Assembly: GCA_044376225.1 (NCBI GenBank)
Contig: JBILLF010000001.1
Location: 7,653-71,652, forward strand
DNA from: Patescibacteria group bacterium
Lineage (GTDB): Bacteria > Bacteroidota > Ignavibacteria > Kapaibacteriales > Kapaibacteriaceae
DNA: 64,000 nucleotides
Reading direction: 5' to 3'
Shown here in pieces: positions 1 through 7,847 of the stretch (the stretch's first letter is position 1; each line of letters starts with the position of its first letter). The position numbers were made by a program, and so were the translations under genes. The notes under the pieces are model-generated. The model was not told the DNA's origin, made no database searches, and saw nothing but the letters and a program-made list of their open reading frames with translations.

Positions 1-192
1 CTTGCCCGGCAGATGTGCATGTTCCTGGCCAAGCAACTCACACAGACATCGCTCAAGAGCATTGGCCTGCACTTTGGCGGCCGTGATCACACGACGGTGC
101 TGCACTCGTGTCAGCAGATCCTGAACTACATCGACACGGACAAGAAGATCCGTCAGGATGTGGATGTGCTGAAGAAGCGGTTGCGAGGTTAA
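1..192 (+). CDS. dnaA: Chromosomal replication initiator DnaA, C-terminal fragment (5' end outside window)
   Basis: Frame-1 translation LARQMCMFLAKQLTQTSLKSIGLHFGGRDHTTVLHSCQQILNYIDTDKKIRQDVDVLKKRLRG* carries the DnaA domain-IV signature (IG..FGGRDHTTV.H). Stop TAA at 190-192. Confidence 0.9.
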   Translation, partial: LARQMCMFLAKQLTQTSLKSIGLHFGGRDHTTVLHSCQQILNYIDTDKKIRQDVDVLKKRLRG

Positions 193-590
193 GCCCCTTT
201 GACGATCATCTCAAATTCCTGCGGCGTCAACGGCAGAACACTCAGTCGTGCCTGACGCACGAGAGCCACGTTGTTCATTCCGGGCATGGCCTTGATCTGG
301 GCCAGTGTGACAGGCGTTTTCAGGGGGCGAACAGGCTTAAGATCAACCACAACCCATGCGGGTTCATCGGTCGTTGGATCCGGATAAGCAGTCTTGACGA
401 CTTCAGCAATGCCGACGGCAGCCTTGACGTCGCTGGAGTGATAGAAGATCACCTGATCACCCTTCTCCATGGCCTGCATGTTGTTGCGCGCTTGGTAGTT
501 GCGAACACCATCCCAAAACGTTCGCTTATCCTTGACGAACTGTTCCCAGGAATAGACCTCGGGCTCGGATTTTACAAGCCAGTATTGCAT
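189..590 (-). CDS. EVE (PUA-like, DUF55/Thyn1-like) domain protein
   Basis: 133 aa. MQYWLVKSEPEVYSW..., WDGVRNYQARNNM and GDQVIFYHS are the usual EVE-domain motifs. The stop overlaps the dnaA stop convergently by 4 nt. Confidence 0.85.
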   Translation of the reverse strand: MQYWLVKSEPEVYSWEQFVKDKRTFWDGVRNYQARNNMQAMEKGDQVIFYHSSDVKAAVGIAEVVKTAYPDPTTDEPAWVVVDLKPVRPLKTPVTLAQIKAMPGMNNVALVRQARLSVLPLTPQEFEMIVKGA

Positions 591-602
591 GGATGATCTC
601 CG

Positions 603-1004
603 TTAGGGTTTACACCGGACCACAACGCTGAACACTGCCGGCTTTGAACTGCCGCTGTGGCTGATCGTATAAAGCACCGTGTTAACGCTGTCCGTGAAAT
701 GCTTCGCATTGATCTGCACAAAGATCTTCGCCGGTGTGGAGTCGAACATCAATGGACGCTGCACTGACGCTGATGCACATCCACAGGAGCCGCTCACGCC
801 GGTCAGTCTGATCGAATCACCGTGATCGCTATAGAGCTTGATCATCGACTGTACGAATCCAGTGCTGTCGCGGTCAACGATCAGCGTGGGAGGATCAAAG
901 CGGATTCCTCCGTGGGGGACGTGACCTCGCGAACTCACATAGGCCAGAGCCGCGAGTAGGATGACAAAAATTGGCACTGCAGAACGGACGTTGTGTCGTG
1001 TCAT
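603..1004 (-). CDS. DUF1573-like secreted/anchored protein
   Basis: 133 aa with an N-terminal hydrophobic segment (VPIFVILLAALAYV) and the GSCGC motif typical of DUF1573 beta-sandwich proteins of the FCB group. Confidence 0.65.
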   Translation of the reverse strand: MTRHNVRSAVPIFVILLAALAYVSSRGHVPHGGIRFDPPTLIVDRDSTGFVQSMIKLYSDHGDSIRLTGVSGSCGCASASVQRPLMFDSTPAKIFVQINAKHFTDSVNTVLYTISHSGSSKPAVFSVVVRCKP

Positions 1005-1016
1005 GGTAGCACAGAG

Positions 1017-1748
1017 TTATGAACCTAAGGCATCGATGATTTCGGTGACGTCGAACAAGCCAGTTCGGTGTTGCACCCATGAGGCGGCCAGCAAAGCCCC
1101 CTGCGCAAATCCTTGACGGTTCTTTGCAGAGTGGATGATCTCAATACTCTCGAACGCACTGTCGATAGTCACCACATGACGACCGATCACGTCACCAACA
1201 CGCGACGAGGTCACGTGCAGAGCTGCCGGATCAATAGCTCCATGCTGGGTTTCTGTGGCCATGTGTGACTTGCGTGCAAGGGCCGCGAGAATGGTCTGCG
1301 CCGTTGTGATCGCCGTGCCGCTCGGACTGTCGCGCTTACGCCGATGATGCGTCTCATGGACAGAGACATCGAACCCCGGATGGCGGTCGATGAGCTCGGC
1401 AGCGCGCTGCACAAGACGAAGAAACAGGTGCGTGCCAATGTTAAAGTTCGATCCCCAGACGCATCCGATACCTGCATCTGTGACGATTGCACTGATGTCA
1501 TCCATGTGGTCATACCATCCAGTCGTGCCGATCACGATCGGACGATGAAGTCTCGCAGCCGTTCGGACGTTGTCGATCACCGCGTCGGGCCATGAAAAAT
1601 CGATCGCCACATCGAAGTTGGCGGATGCCACTTCGCTGAAGGGGCGATCCACATCACAGATCATCGAAACACTCATGCCAAGGGGCTCGGCGAGGCGCTC
1701 AACTTCGCGGCCCATCGCCCCATGACCAATGATTGCGATGCGTGTCAT
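1017..1748 (-). CDS. dapB: 4-hydroxy-tetrahydrodipicolinate reductase
   Basis: 243 aa. Has an N-terminal Rossmann motif (RIAIIGHGAMG), VIGTTGW, ETHHRRKRDSPSGTA (DapB E-x-H-H-x-x-K-x-D-x-P-S-G-T-A signature) and HSAKNRQGFAQGAL. Confidence 0.92.
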   Translation of the reverse strand: MTRIAIIGHGAMGREVERLAEPLGMSVSMICDVDRPFSEVASANFDVAIDFSWPDAVIDNVRTAARLHRPIVIGTTGWYDHMDDISAIVTDAGIGCVWGSNFNIGTHLFLRLVQRAAELIDRHPGFDVSVHETHHRRKRDSPSGTAITTAQTILAALARKSHMATETQHGAIDPAALHVTSSRVGDVIGRHVVTIDSAFESIEIIHSAKNRQGFAQGALLAASWVQHRTGLFDVTEIIDALGS

Positions 1749-2416
1749 GCGGCCTCCGTCATTGGTGATAGCACGCCCTCGCGTAGCTCGTAGCGGGCGC
1801 TCCCTGGAATGATGTCCGCCAGGAGCGGATCAGACGTCGTGATCAGCAGGCCAAGTTCGCGCCGCGCTACTGTTGATAGGAAAACGTCAAACAGCACACG
1901 GAAAGACGATTCGTCCATGGTGGAAAACGGATCGTCAACAAGAACTGTCTCAACTGGCCCCATCAGCGCAGAGGCCACGACCGCTTGAAGGCGTTCTCCG
2001 GAGGAGAGTTCAGCCGGCATGGACGTGCGACGATGACTCAGGCCAACATCGGCTAGGAGCTCCAAGGCCATGCTCAGAGAAGACTCACGATCCATACCGC
2101 GCGCGGCTCCGGCTAGAAGCGTGTTGTCGAAGAGGTTGAGGTCTTGATGAAACACCGGAGCTGCGATGGTGCTGATGCGCTGACGCTGCGTCCTCAGACG
2201 TCGTGATGACATCGAAGCCTGAGACTCCCCGTCAATCAGGATCTCGCCAGATGCCGGCAGGACATGGCCAAGCACAAGGCTTTGTACCAGAGACTTTCCG
2301 GAAGCCGTGGGTCCAACGATGACGGCTGCTGAAGGGCCTTCAAGGCAAAGAGAAAACCCTGAAAGAAGGGTCCCACTTGCTGATCGGTAGCTGACGTCGA
2401 CGAGCTCGATGCGCAT
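1745..2416 (-). CDS. FtsE-like ABC ATPase with degenerate catalytic motifs
   Basis: 223 aa. Walker A is GPTASGKS and the signature is LSSGERLQ. Walker B reads VLVDDP (Asp where the catalytic Glu is expected) and the H-loop position reads TTSD (no His). Overlaps the dapB start by 4 nt. Confidence 0.75.
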   Translation of the reverse strand: MRIELVDVSYRSASGTLLSGFSLCLEGPSAAVIVGPTASGKSLVQSLVLGHVLPASGEILIDGESQASMSSRRLRTQRQRISTIAAPVFHQDLNLFDNTLLAGAARGMDRESSLSMALELLADVGLSHRRTSMPAELSSGERLQAVVASALMGPVETVLVDDPFSTMDESSFRVLFDVFLSTVARRELGLLITTSDPLLADIIPGSARYELREGVLSPMTEAA

Positions 2417-2425
2417 GGCGCAAAG

Positions 2426-3505
2426 TTAGGGTGTTGCGCCGTTCTCCGGTGCGCTAGCAGGGGGCTCACCACTGCCCATAAGAACGGCGATTGGGCGTGT
2501 GGATTCCAAGCTCGCCAGTAGGGCCTTGGCAACAGCCATGATGGGGATAGAGAGAATCATACCGACGATGCCCCACATCCATCCCCAGAAGATGAGGGAG
2601 AACAGTACCACCACCGGGCTCAGATCAAGCCGGTCTCCCATGACCTTTGGCTCGATCGCATTACCGATGAGATTGTGAGCAACCGTTAGCACTGCCATCA
2701 GGAGGAGGACGCTGGGAACATCCTGCGTCTGCAGCAAGAATAATCCGGCCGGGATCAGCGTCGAAACGATCGATCCGATGTTCGGAATGTAATGGAACAC
2801 AAACGCCAGAAGCCCGATCAAGGGGGCGAAGTCGACACCAAAGACAACTAGGATCGCCCACGTAACAATGCCATTGAGGATGTTGAATGCCGTCTTGACA
2901 AGCAGGTACTTCCGCACCTTGGTGTTCAGCGTGCGGAAGAGTGACAGAACCATCGTACCGCGTTGGTCGGGGAATGCCGAGCGCACCTTGGAGGGAAAGG
3001 CCTCATGTCCGGCGACCATGAAAAGCAGATATAGGAGCACCATCAACCCGTCGCTCAGGACTGTTACAACCGCGGACAGCTGCTGTGTGGCAAAGGTGGT
3101 CACATGCTGTGCCGATACCACGTCACCCCATGTCAGTGACTTGATCTTGGCGCGGCGCAGCAACGGTGAGATGCTCTCGCTGAACGAAGCCATCACGCGT
3201 TGTAGCTGCTGTGAGTAATAAGGTGCCCGTTCCTGGACGGCATCAACACCGGCAGTGATGATCAGCGAAGCGATCCACAGTGCCGATCCTGAAATGACTA
3301 GGACAATGAACAGGCAGATAGCCATTGGGACGCGTCGTGTACGCAGGCTCTGTACGACCGGCTTGAAGAGGATGGCCAGAAAGCCCGCCAGCACAAAGGG
3401 AATCAGGATACCGGCGAGATTCTTCAGAACGATGCCGGAGGCAATAACCGCAAGCAGAGCGGCAGAAAACCCCGTCACACGTGACCATGGTGTGTGCTGA
3501 ACCAT
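2426..3505 (-). CDS. AI-2E family transporter (PerM/UPF0118-like permease)
   Basis: 359 aa polytopic membrane protein. The C-terminal half (FVFHYIPNIGSIVS...NLIGNAIEPKVMGDRLDLSPVVVLFSLIFWGWMWGIVGMILSIP) matches the conserved AI-2E core. Confidence 0.8.
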   Translation of the reverse strand: MVQHTPWSRVTGFSAALLAVIASGIVLKNLAGILIPFVLAGFLAILFKPVVQSLRTRRVPMAICLFIVLVISGSALWIASLIITAGVDAVQERAPYYSQQLQRVMASFSESISPLLRRAKIKSLTWGDVVSAQHVTTFATQQLSAVVTVLSDGLMVLLYLLFMVAGHEAFPSKVRSAFPDQRGTMVLSLFRTLNTKVRKYLLVKTAFNILNGIVTWAILVVFGVDFAPLIGLLAFVFHYIPNIGSIVSTLIPAGLFLLQTQDVPSVLLLMAVLTVAHNLIGNAIEPKVMGDRLDLSPVVVLFSLIFWGWMWGIVGMILSIPIMAVAKALLASLESTRPIAVLMGSGEPPASAPENGATP

Positions 3506-3551
3506 GGTGGCAATATAGGATGTTGGATGTGTCGCGAAAGCAGCGAGATGG

Positions 3552-3559
3552 TATTTTTG
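3552..3559 (+). promoter_or_regulatory. TATTTTTG, FCB-type -7 promoter element (TAnnTTTG) upstream of the deoxyhypusine-synthase-like gene
   Basis: Exact TAnnTTTG match in the 91-nt divergent spacer, 37 nt before the ATG at 3597. That ATG has a GGAGG Shine-Dalgarno 5 nt upstream. Confidence 0.4.
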
Positions 3560-3596
3560 CCGTCCCTATTTCCCATCGGCACCCCACGGAGGCGTC

Positions 3597-4571
3597 ATGC
3601 AGCGCGGACCTATATCACAGTTTATCGAGTCGAATTATCTGCACTTCAATGCGGCAGCTCTGGTAGATGCCGCCAAGGGCTACGAAACGCATCTGGCCGA
3701 AGGCGGCAAGATGATGGTCACCCTGGCCGGAGCCATGAGCACGGCGGAATTGGGAATCTCCCTAGCCGAGATGATCCGTCAAGACAAGGTGCAGATCATC
3801 TCTTGCACGGGTGCCAACCTCGAGGAAGACATCATGAACCTTGTGGCGCATTCGCACTACAAGCGTGTGCCCAACTACCGTGATCTTTCTCCGCAGGACG
3901 AGTGGTCACTGCTCGAAGGGGGCTTTAACCGCGTCACAGATACATGCATCCCGGAAGAAGAGGCGTTTCGTCGCATTCAGAAGCACATCTTCAAGCAGTG
4001 GAAGTCGGCGGAAGATGCCGGCGAGAGATACTTCCCACACGAGTACATGTACAAGATGTTGTTGAGCGGGGAGATGGAACAGTACTACGAGATCGACCCG
4101 AAGAATTCCTGGATGATAGCCGCTGCGGAGAAGAATCTGCCGATCGTTGTTCCTGGTTGGGAAGACTCGACGATGGGCAACATCTTCGCATCGTACTGCA
4201 TCAAGGGCGAGCTTACGTCCACAACCATGAAGAGTGGTATCGACTATATGGTGTGGCTCACCGACTGGTACAGAAAGAACTCCGAAGGCAAAGGCGTGGG
4301 CTTCTTCCAGATCGGTGGCGGCATTGCAGGTGACTTCCCGATCTGCGTTGTGCCGATGATGTACCAAGATCTCGAGTGGCACGATGTGCCGTTCTGGTCA
4401 TACTTCTGCCAGATTTCGGACAGCACCACATCCTATGGATCATATTCGGGTGCTGTCCCGAACGAAAAGATCACATGGGGCAAGCTCGACATTACTACGC
4501 CGAAGTTCATCATTGAGTCGGATGCAACGATCGTTGCACCGCTGATCTTCGCCTGGCTGCTCGGCCAGTGA
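3597..4571 (+). CDS. Deoxyhypusine synthase family protein (homospermidine-synthase-like)
   Basis: 324 aa. LAGAMSTAELG...ISCTGANLEEDI...FFQIGGGIAGDFPI are characteristic DHS-fold motifs. Confidence 0.8.
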   Translation: MQRGPISQFIESNYLHFNAAALVDAAKGYETHLAEGGKMMVTLAGAMSTAELGISLAEMIRQDKVQIISCTGANLEEDIMNLVAHSHYKRVPNYRDLSPQDEWSLLEGGFNRVTDTCIPEEEAFRRIQKHIFKQWKSAEDAGERYFPHEYMYKMLLSGEMEQYYEIDPKNSWMIAAAEKNLPIVVPGWEDSTMGNIFASYCIKGELTSTTMKSGIDYMVWLTDWYRKNSEGKGVGFFQIGGGIAGDFPICVVPMMYQDLEWHDVPFWSYFCQISDSTTSYGSYSGAVPNEKITWGKLDITTPKFIIESDATIVAPLIFAWLLGQ

Positions 4572-4578
4572 TGGCGGG

Positions 4579-4597
4579 GGGGCTGATGAGCCCCTTT
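4579..4597 (+). terminator. Weak hairpin between convergent genes
   Basis: GGGGCT-gatg-AGCCCC (6-bp stem) followed by only TTT. Lies between the stops at 4571 (+) and 4605 (-). Confidence 0.3.
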
Positions 4598-4604
4598 CCT
4601 GCGA

Positions 4605-5759
4605 TTATCGAACGATCACTGCACGGGCGTTGTTCGTGGACTGCTGAAGGATATACATCCCCGTTGGCAGATCGCAAATCCGTTGCGATGTGGCAGACGT
4701 TGGTAGATACGCTACGCGCCGTCCTTGAGAAGTGTACACTGTCGCATCGGGCGTCCCTGGAGCAACCGTGATCGCATGCCCGTCACAGGTCCACCACAGA
4801 GTGCCTTGCGCATCATTGACCGATGCCGGATTGTCACCAAGGACCACATCCACGTAGATCGGCAGGTGATCTGAGGCGCAGAGCAAAGCAGCAGCCATTT
4901 CCGCGCTGACCTTCTGGTTGGGCGGATCGTTGATGGACTTGTTGAAACGAACAGTGCCATCGTTGCCAAAGGCTGTGTACGTGGACGTCAGAACACGAGG
5001 AGCGAGTTCCGAGCTGGGAAGGATAAAGTCGAAGCGATCATCAATGCCGCCATCGACGCCACCGCCGCAGCCGGAGATGATCGTTGCCCGTGTGCACTGG
5101 GTATAGTAGGAAGTGAAGGACGCGTCGTTCCTGCGCCAGTTCGTTCCCAACGGATCGATGAACCTTCGCGGTGCGGATGGCCCGATCAGGGCCTGCATGG
5201 ACGATTCACCTGGACTGTAGACGTTAAAGTCACCGCAGATGAGCACCTTGGCGATAGTCGTCATCCGGGCGTTCATGGAGCTGACCTCGCGTAGTCTCTG
5301 CGCTTGATCAGATGACGATGATGAGGCTTTGAGGTGAAGGCCATAGACGACGATGGTGTCGTCGGGATCTCCCTTGTCATCAAGATGTTCAAGGGTCGCT
5401 TCGAAGATGTCGCGCAGCTCTGTCGGAATTCTTTTGGTGCCCAGCAGACGCAGTACTCGCTGGTTGTAGAGCACCGTGATCTCCGTATCCGGTCCGTCGT
5501 AGTAGGGCGTGGCCGCAAAAGGCTCATACGTCAGCACCTCGGAAACAAAGCGAGGTCCGACGGACGCGTCAGCTACTTCCGAGCAGACAACGATATCGGG
5601 TCGGATGCTATCAAGGATCCGCTTGAACTGCGGAATGCGTCCGCCCTCGTTACCCTGACTGAACTTGAGAAGATTATAGGAGCAGACGCGGACAGTGTCG
5701 GAGGCATGCGCCACGCAGGCCCCGGCGAGCCATACAGAAAGAATCAGGCCTCGGATCAT
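4605..5759 (-). CDS. Endonuclease/exonuclease/phosphatase (EEP) family protein with T9SS C-terminal domain
   Basis: 384 aa. Signal peptide (ILSVWLAGACVAHA), EEP motifs (VCSYNL, VVCSEV, GDFN, SDHLP). About 80 aa of C-terminal tail ending LPTGMYILQQSTNNARAVIVR. Confidence 0.75.
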   Translation of the reverse strand: MIRGLILSVWLAGACVAHASDTVRVCSYNLLKFSQGNEGGRIPQFKRILDSIRPDIVVCSEVADASVGPRFVSEVLTYEPFAATPYYDGPDTEITVLYNQRVLRLLGTKRIPTELRDIFEATLEHLDDKGDPDDTIVVYGLHLKASSSSSDQAQRLREVSSMNARMTTIAKVLICGDFNVYSPGESSMQALIGPSAPRRFIDPLGTNWRRNDASFTSYYTQCTRATIISGCGGGVDGGIDDRFDFILPSSELAPRVLTSTYTAFGNDGTVRFNKSINDPPNQKVSAEMAAALLCASDHLPIYVDVVLGDNPASVNDAQGTLWWTCDGHAITVAPGTPDATVYTSQGRRVAYLPTSATSQRICDLPTGMYILQQSTNNARAVIVR

Positions 5760-5798
5760 TCCTGCAAGTTACCCACCGAATGCTGCTGGCGGTGCGGC

Positions 5799-7736
5799 TC
5801 AGTATTCCCCGCCGATGCGACGCTTGTTGAGCTTGTCTGAGACGAACCGTGGAAGCCTTGTCGGCACCACAATCTTTAGTGACGTGTCGGTGAGCGCCTC
5901 CATGAAGGCCACCAGATCCTGCGCGTCCTGCTGAGTCAGGTCAAGGCGATCAAACGGCAGCGTCTGATGCGGCAGATCAATCCCGATGCCTGCACCGCCC
6001 CCTCTGTGATAGAAGTCCACCACCTGACTGAGCGTAGTGTAGGACCCATTGTGGAAGTACGGCGACGTCAGCGCAACGTTGCGCAGCGTTGGAGTCTTAA
6101 ATGAGCCGCGGTAGATGGGCGAGTTCTCGCGCATGATGCCGCCCGAGCGGCCCACGTCGGGGTCGGCAATGGCGTTTGCTGTGTCGGCCCGCAGCGGAAC
6201 GCCGATCACTTCCGACTCCGACTCGAGAAAGGCCGGAGGAACATACCCGGCGTAGGTTGGTGGGAAGTGACACGTTGCACAGACTGCTTTGCCCATGAAC
6301 AGATGAAAGCCGCGCCGCTGGGACGGGCTGATCGTCACATTCTCGCCACGCAGGTAGCGATCCATCGGTGAATTGAAACTGACAAGTGAAGTAAGGTAGG
6401 CCGCAAGAGCCAGAGAAACATTCGTTGCGTCGATGGCCGACGCACCCTTGGCACCAGTGACCTGCTCAAACAGTTGCACGTATTCATCAGATTGTCGGAG
6501 TCTGCCCACAACGTCCACCAGCGAGGAATGAAACTCCTGTTCGTCTGTGATCACGTGAGAGACAACATCGCTGATTCGCATCGCACGCAGGTCGTAAAAG
6601 AAACGGCGCGAAAACACCGCGTTCAGCACGGTCGGTGTGTTGCGTTTCAACGATCCCTGATGATCGATGGCCATGCCCTGTTTGAGTCCATCGGTGAAGG
6701 TCTTGTTCGGATCATGACAGGAAGCACAGGCACGCTGGTTGTTCGACGAGAGAACAGGATCGAAGAACAGCGTCCTTCCGAGATCGACAAGCGCCGGCGT
6801 GATACTCTTGTAGTGAAGTCCGCTGGATGATGCTGGCATCAGTGTATTGGAGGTGAACATGCTCTCTGCCGTCGGGTTCACGACGGGCTGGGCCGGACCT
6901 GCTTCGGTGGAAAGTTCGATCCCGAGAGACAGCTGCAGGCGCGCAACATCTCCGTAGAGTGGGTCGAGATACCGACGAATCAGTTCGACCTTGTCGATGA
7001 CGCTGTCAGGCGTAAGCAATTCAGTCAGTGCTCCATCAATGTGCCGAAGAAGATCATCATGAACGGCAGTGATGTTCGAACGAACACAGTCACCGTGAAA
7101 GGTCATCATCAACGCGCGAATGGTCTGTAAGATGGGCCGCTGATCAAGCAGCGAAGGCTCAGTGCCGGGACGATCGAAGTTCGAAAGACCCATCATCGAG
7201 AGGCGCATAATGCCTGTGCGGGCCGATTCCAGGATAAGCCGGTCAGTCCACAATGTCGACCGCAGAAGAGCTCCGGCCGAGGCGATGTTCGACAGAAGAT
7301 CGTCTGCCTCTTCGATCAGCGCAGTCTTATTGCCCAACACGGTATCGGCCGCCTGTCCGAGCATCTCATCGATGACCTGTAGTCCGTGCGGCTCGAGAAC
7401 GTCAAGAAACTGTGATTTCGCATCAAGCTTGGGAAGGGGCGCACCGTTGAGAAACATCGACACCAATGAGGGATCAACGTGCTCGATAAGGGGCTCCATG
7501 GCTTTGTAGCTCAGCCGCAGTAGCTCGTAGGTTTCCATGAGCCCCTTGACCGAGTCGGCGTCCTCGATGCGTGCTGCATGATCACGAAACATTCTCGCCT
7601 GACGTTCGGCACGGCGGGTTACGTGTTCAATGATGGCTGCAGTGCTGCGCCTTCGATCATCGGCATCATAACGCACCTCATAGCCAATGAACATTGGCAA
7701 TGTGGCCAGGATAACGGCAAACAAGAAGCGATTCAT
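5799..7736 (-). CDS. Di-haem cytochrome c peroxidase (CCP/MauG family) with ~300-aa N-terminal extension
   Basis: 645 aa. Two CxxCH haem sites (CASCHDP and CATCHFPP), plus PTLRNVALTSPYFHNG typical of bacterial CCPs. Confidence 0.85.
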   Translation of the reverse strand: MNRFLFAVILATLPMFIGYEVRYDADDRRRSTAAIIEHVTRRAERQARMFRDHAARIEDADSVKGLMETYELLRLSYKAMEPLIEHVDPSLVSMFLNGAPLPKLDAKSQFLDVLEPHGLQVIDEMLGQAADTVLGNKTALIEEADDLLSNIASAGALLRSTLWTDRLILESARTGIMRLSMMGLSNFDRPGTEPSLLDQRPILQTIRALMMTFHGDCVRSNITAVHDDLLRHIDGALTELLTPDSVIDKVELIRRYLDPLYGDVARLQLSLGIELSTEAGPAQPVVNPTAESMFTSNTLMPASSSGLHYKSITPALVDLGRTLFFDPVLSSNNQRACASCHDPNKTFTDGLKQGMAIDHQGSLKRNTPTVLNAVFSRRFFYDLRAMRISDVVSHVITDEQEFHSSLVDVVGRLRQSDEYVQLFEQVTGAKGASAIDATNVSLALAAYLTSLVSFNSPMDRYLRGENVTISPSQRRGFHLFMGKAVCATCHFPPTYAGYVPPAFLESESEVIGVPLRADTANAIADPDVGRSGGIMRENSPIYRGSFKTPTLRNVALTSPYFHNGSYTTLSQVVDFYHRGGGAGIGIDLPHQTLPFDRLDLTQQDAQDLVAFMEALTDTSLKIVVPTRLPRFVSDKLNKRRIGGEY

Positions 7737-7761
7737 GGTGAGACCTGACGTATCGGTTGTG

Positions 7762-7803
7762 AGAAAGAAAAACGGGGACCGATGGCCTGCGCCATCGATC
7801 CCC
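7762..7803 (-). terminator. Rho-independent terminator after the PhoX-like gene
   Basis: Minus-strand RNA reads GGGGAUCGAUGGC-GCAG-GCCAUCGGUCCCC. This is a 13-bp stem with one mismatch, followed by GUUUUUCUUUCUC. Confidence 0.7.
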
Positions 7804-7847
7804 GGATTGTAAAGCGATTCTAGTGCAGAGGGCCTATCGGGGACCGA

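Noticed and set aside
108-596. 162-aa plus-strand ORF overlapping the EVE gene
   Set aside because: The opposite-strand EVE translation matches a known family along its whole length. This frame does not.
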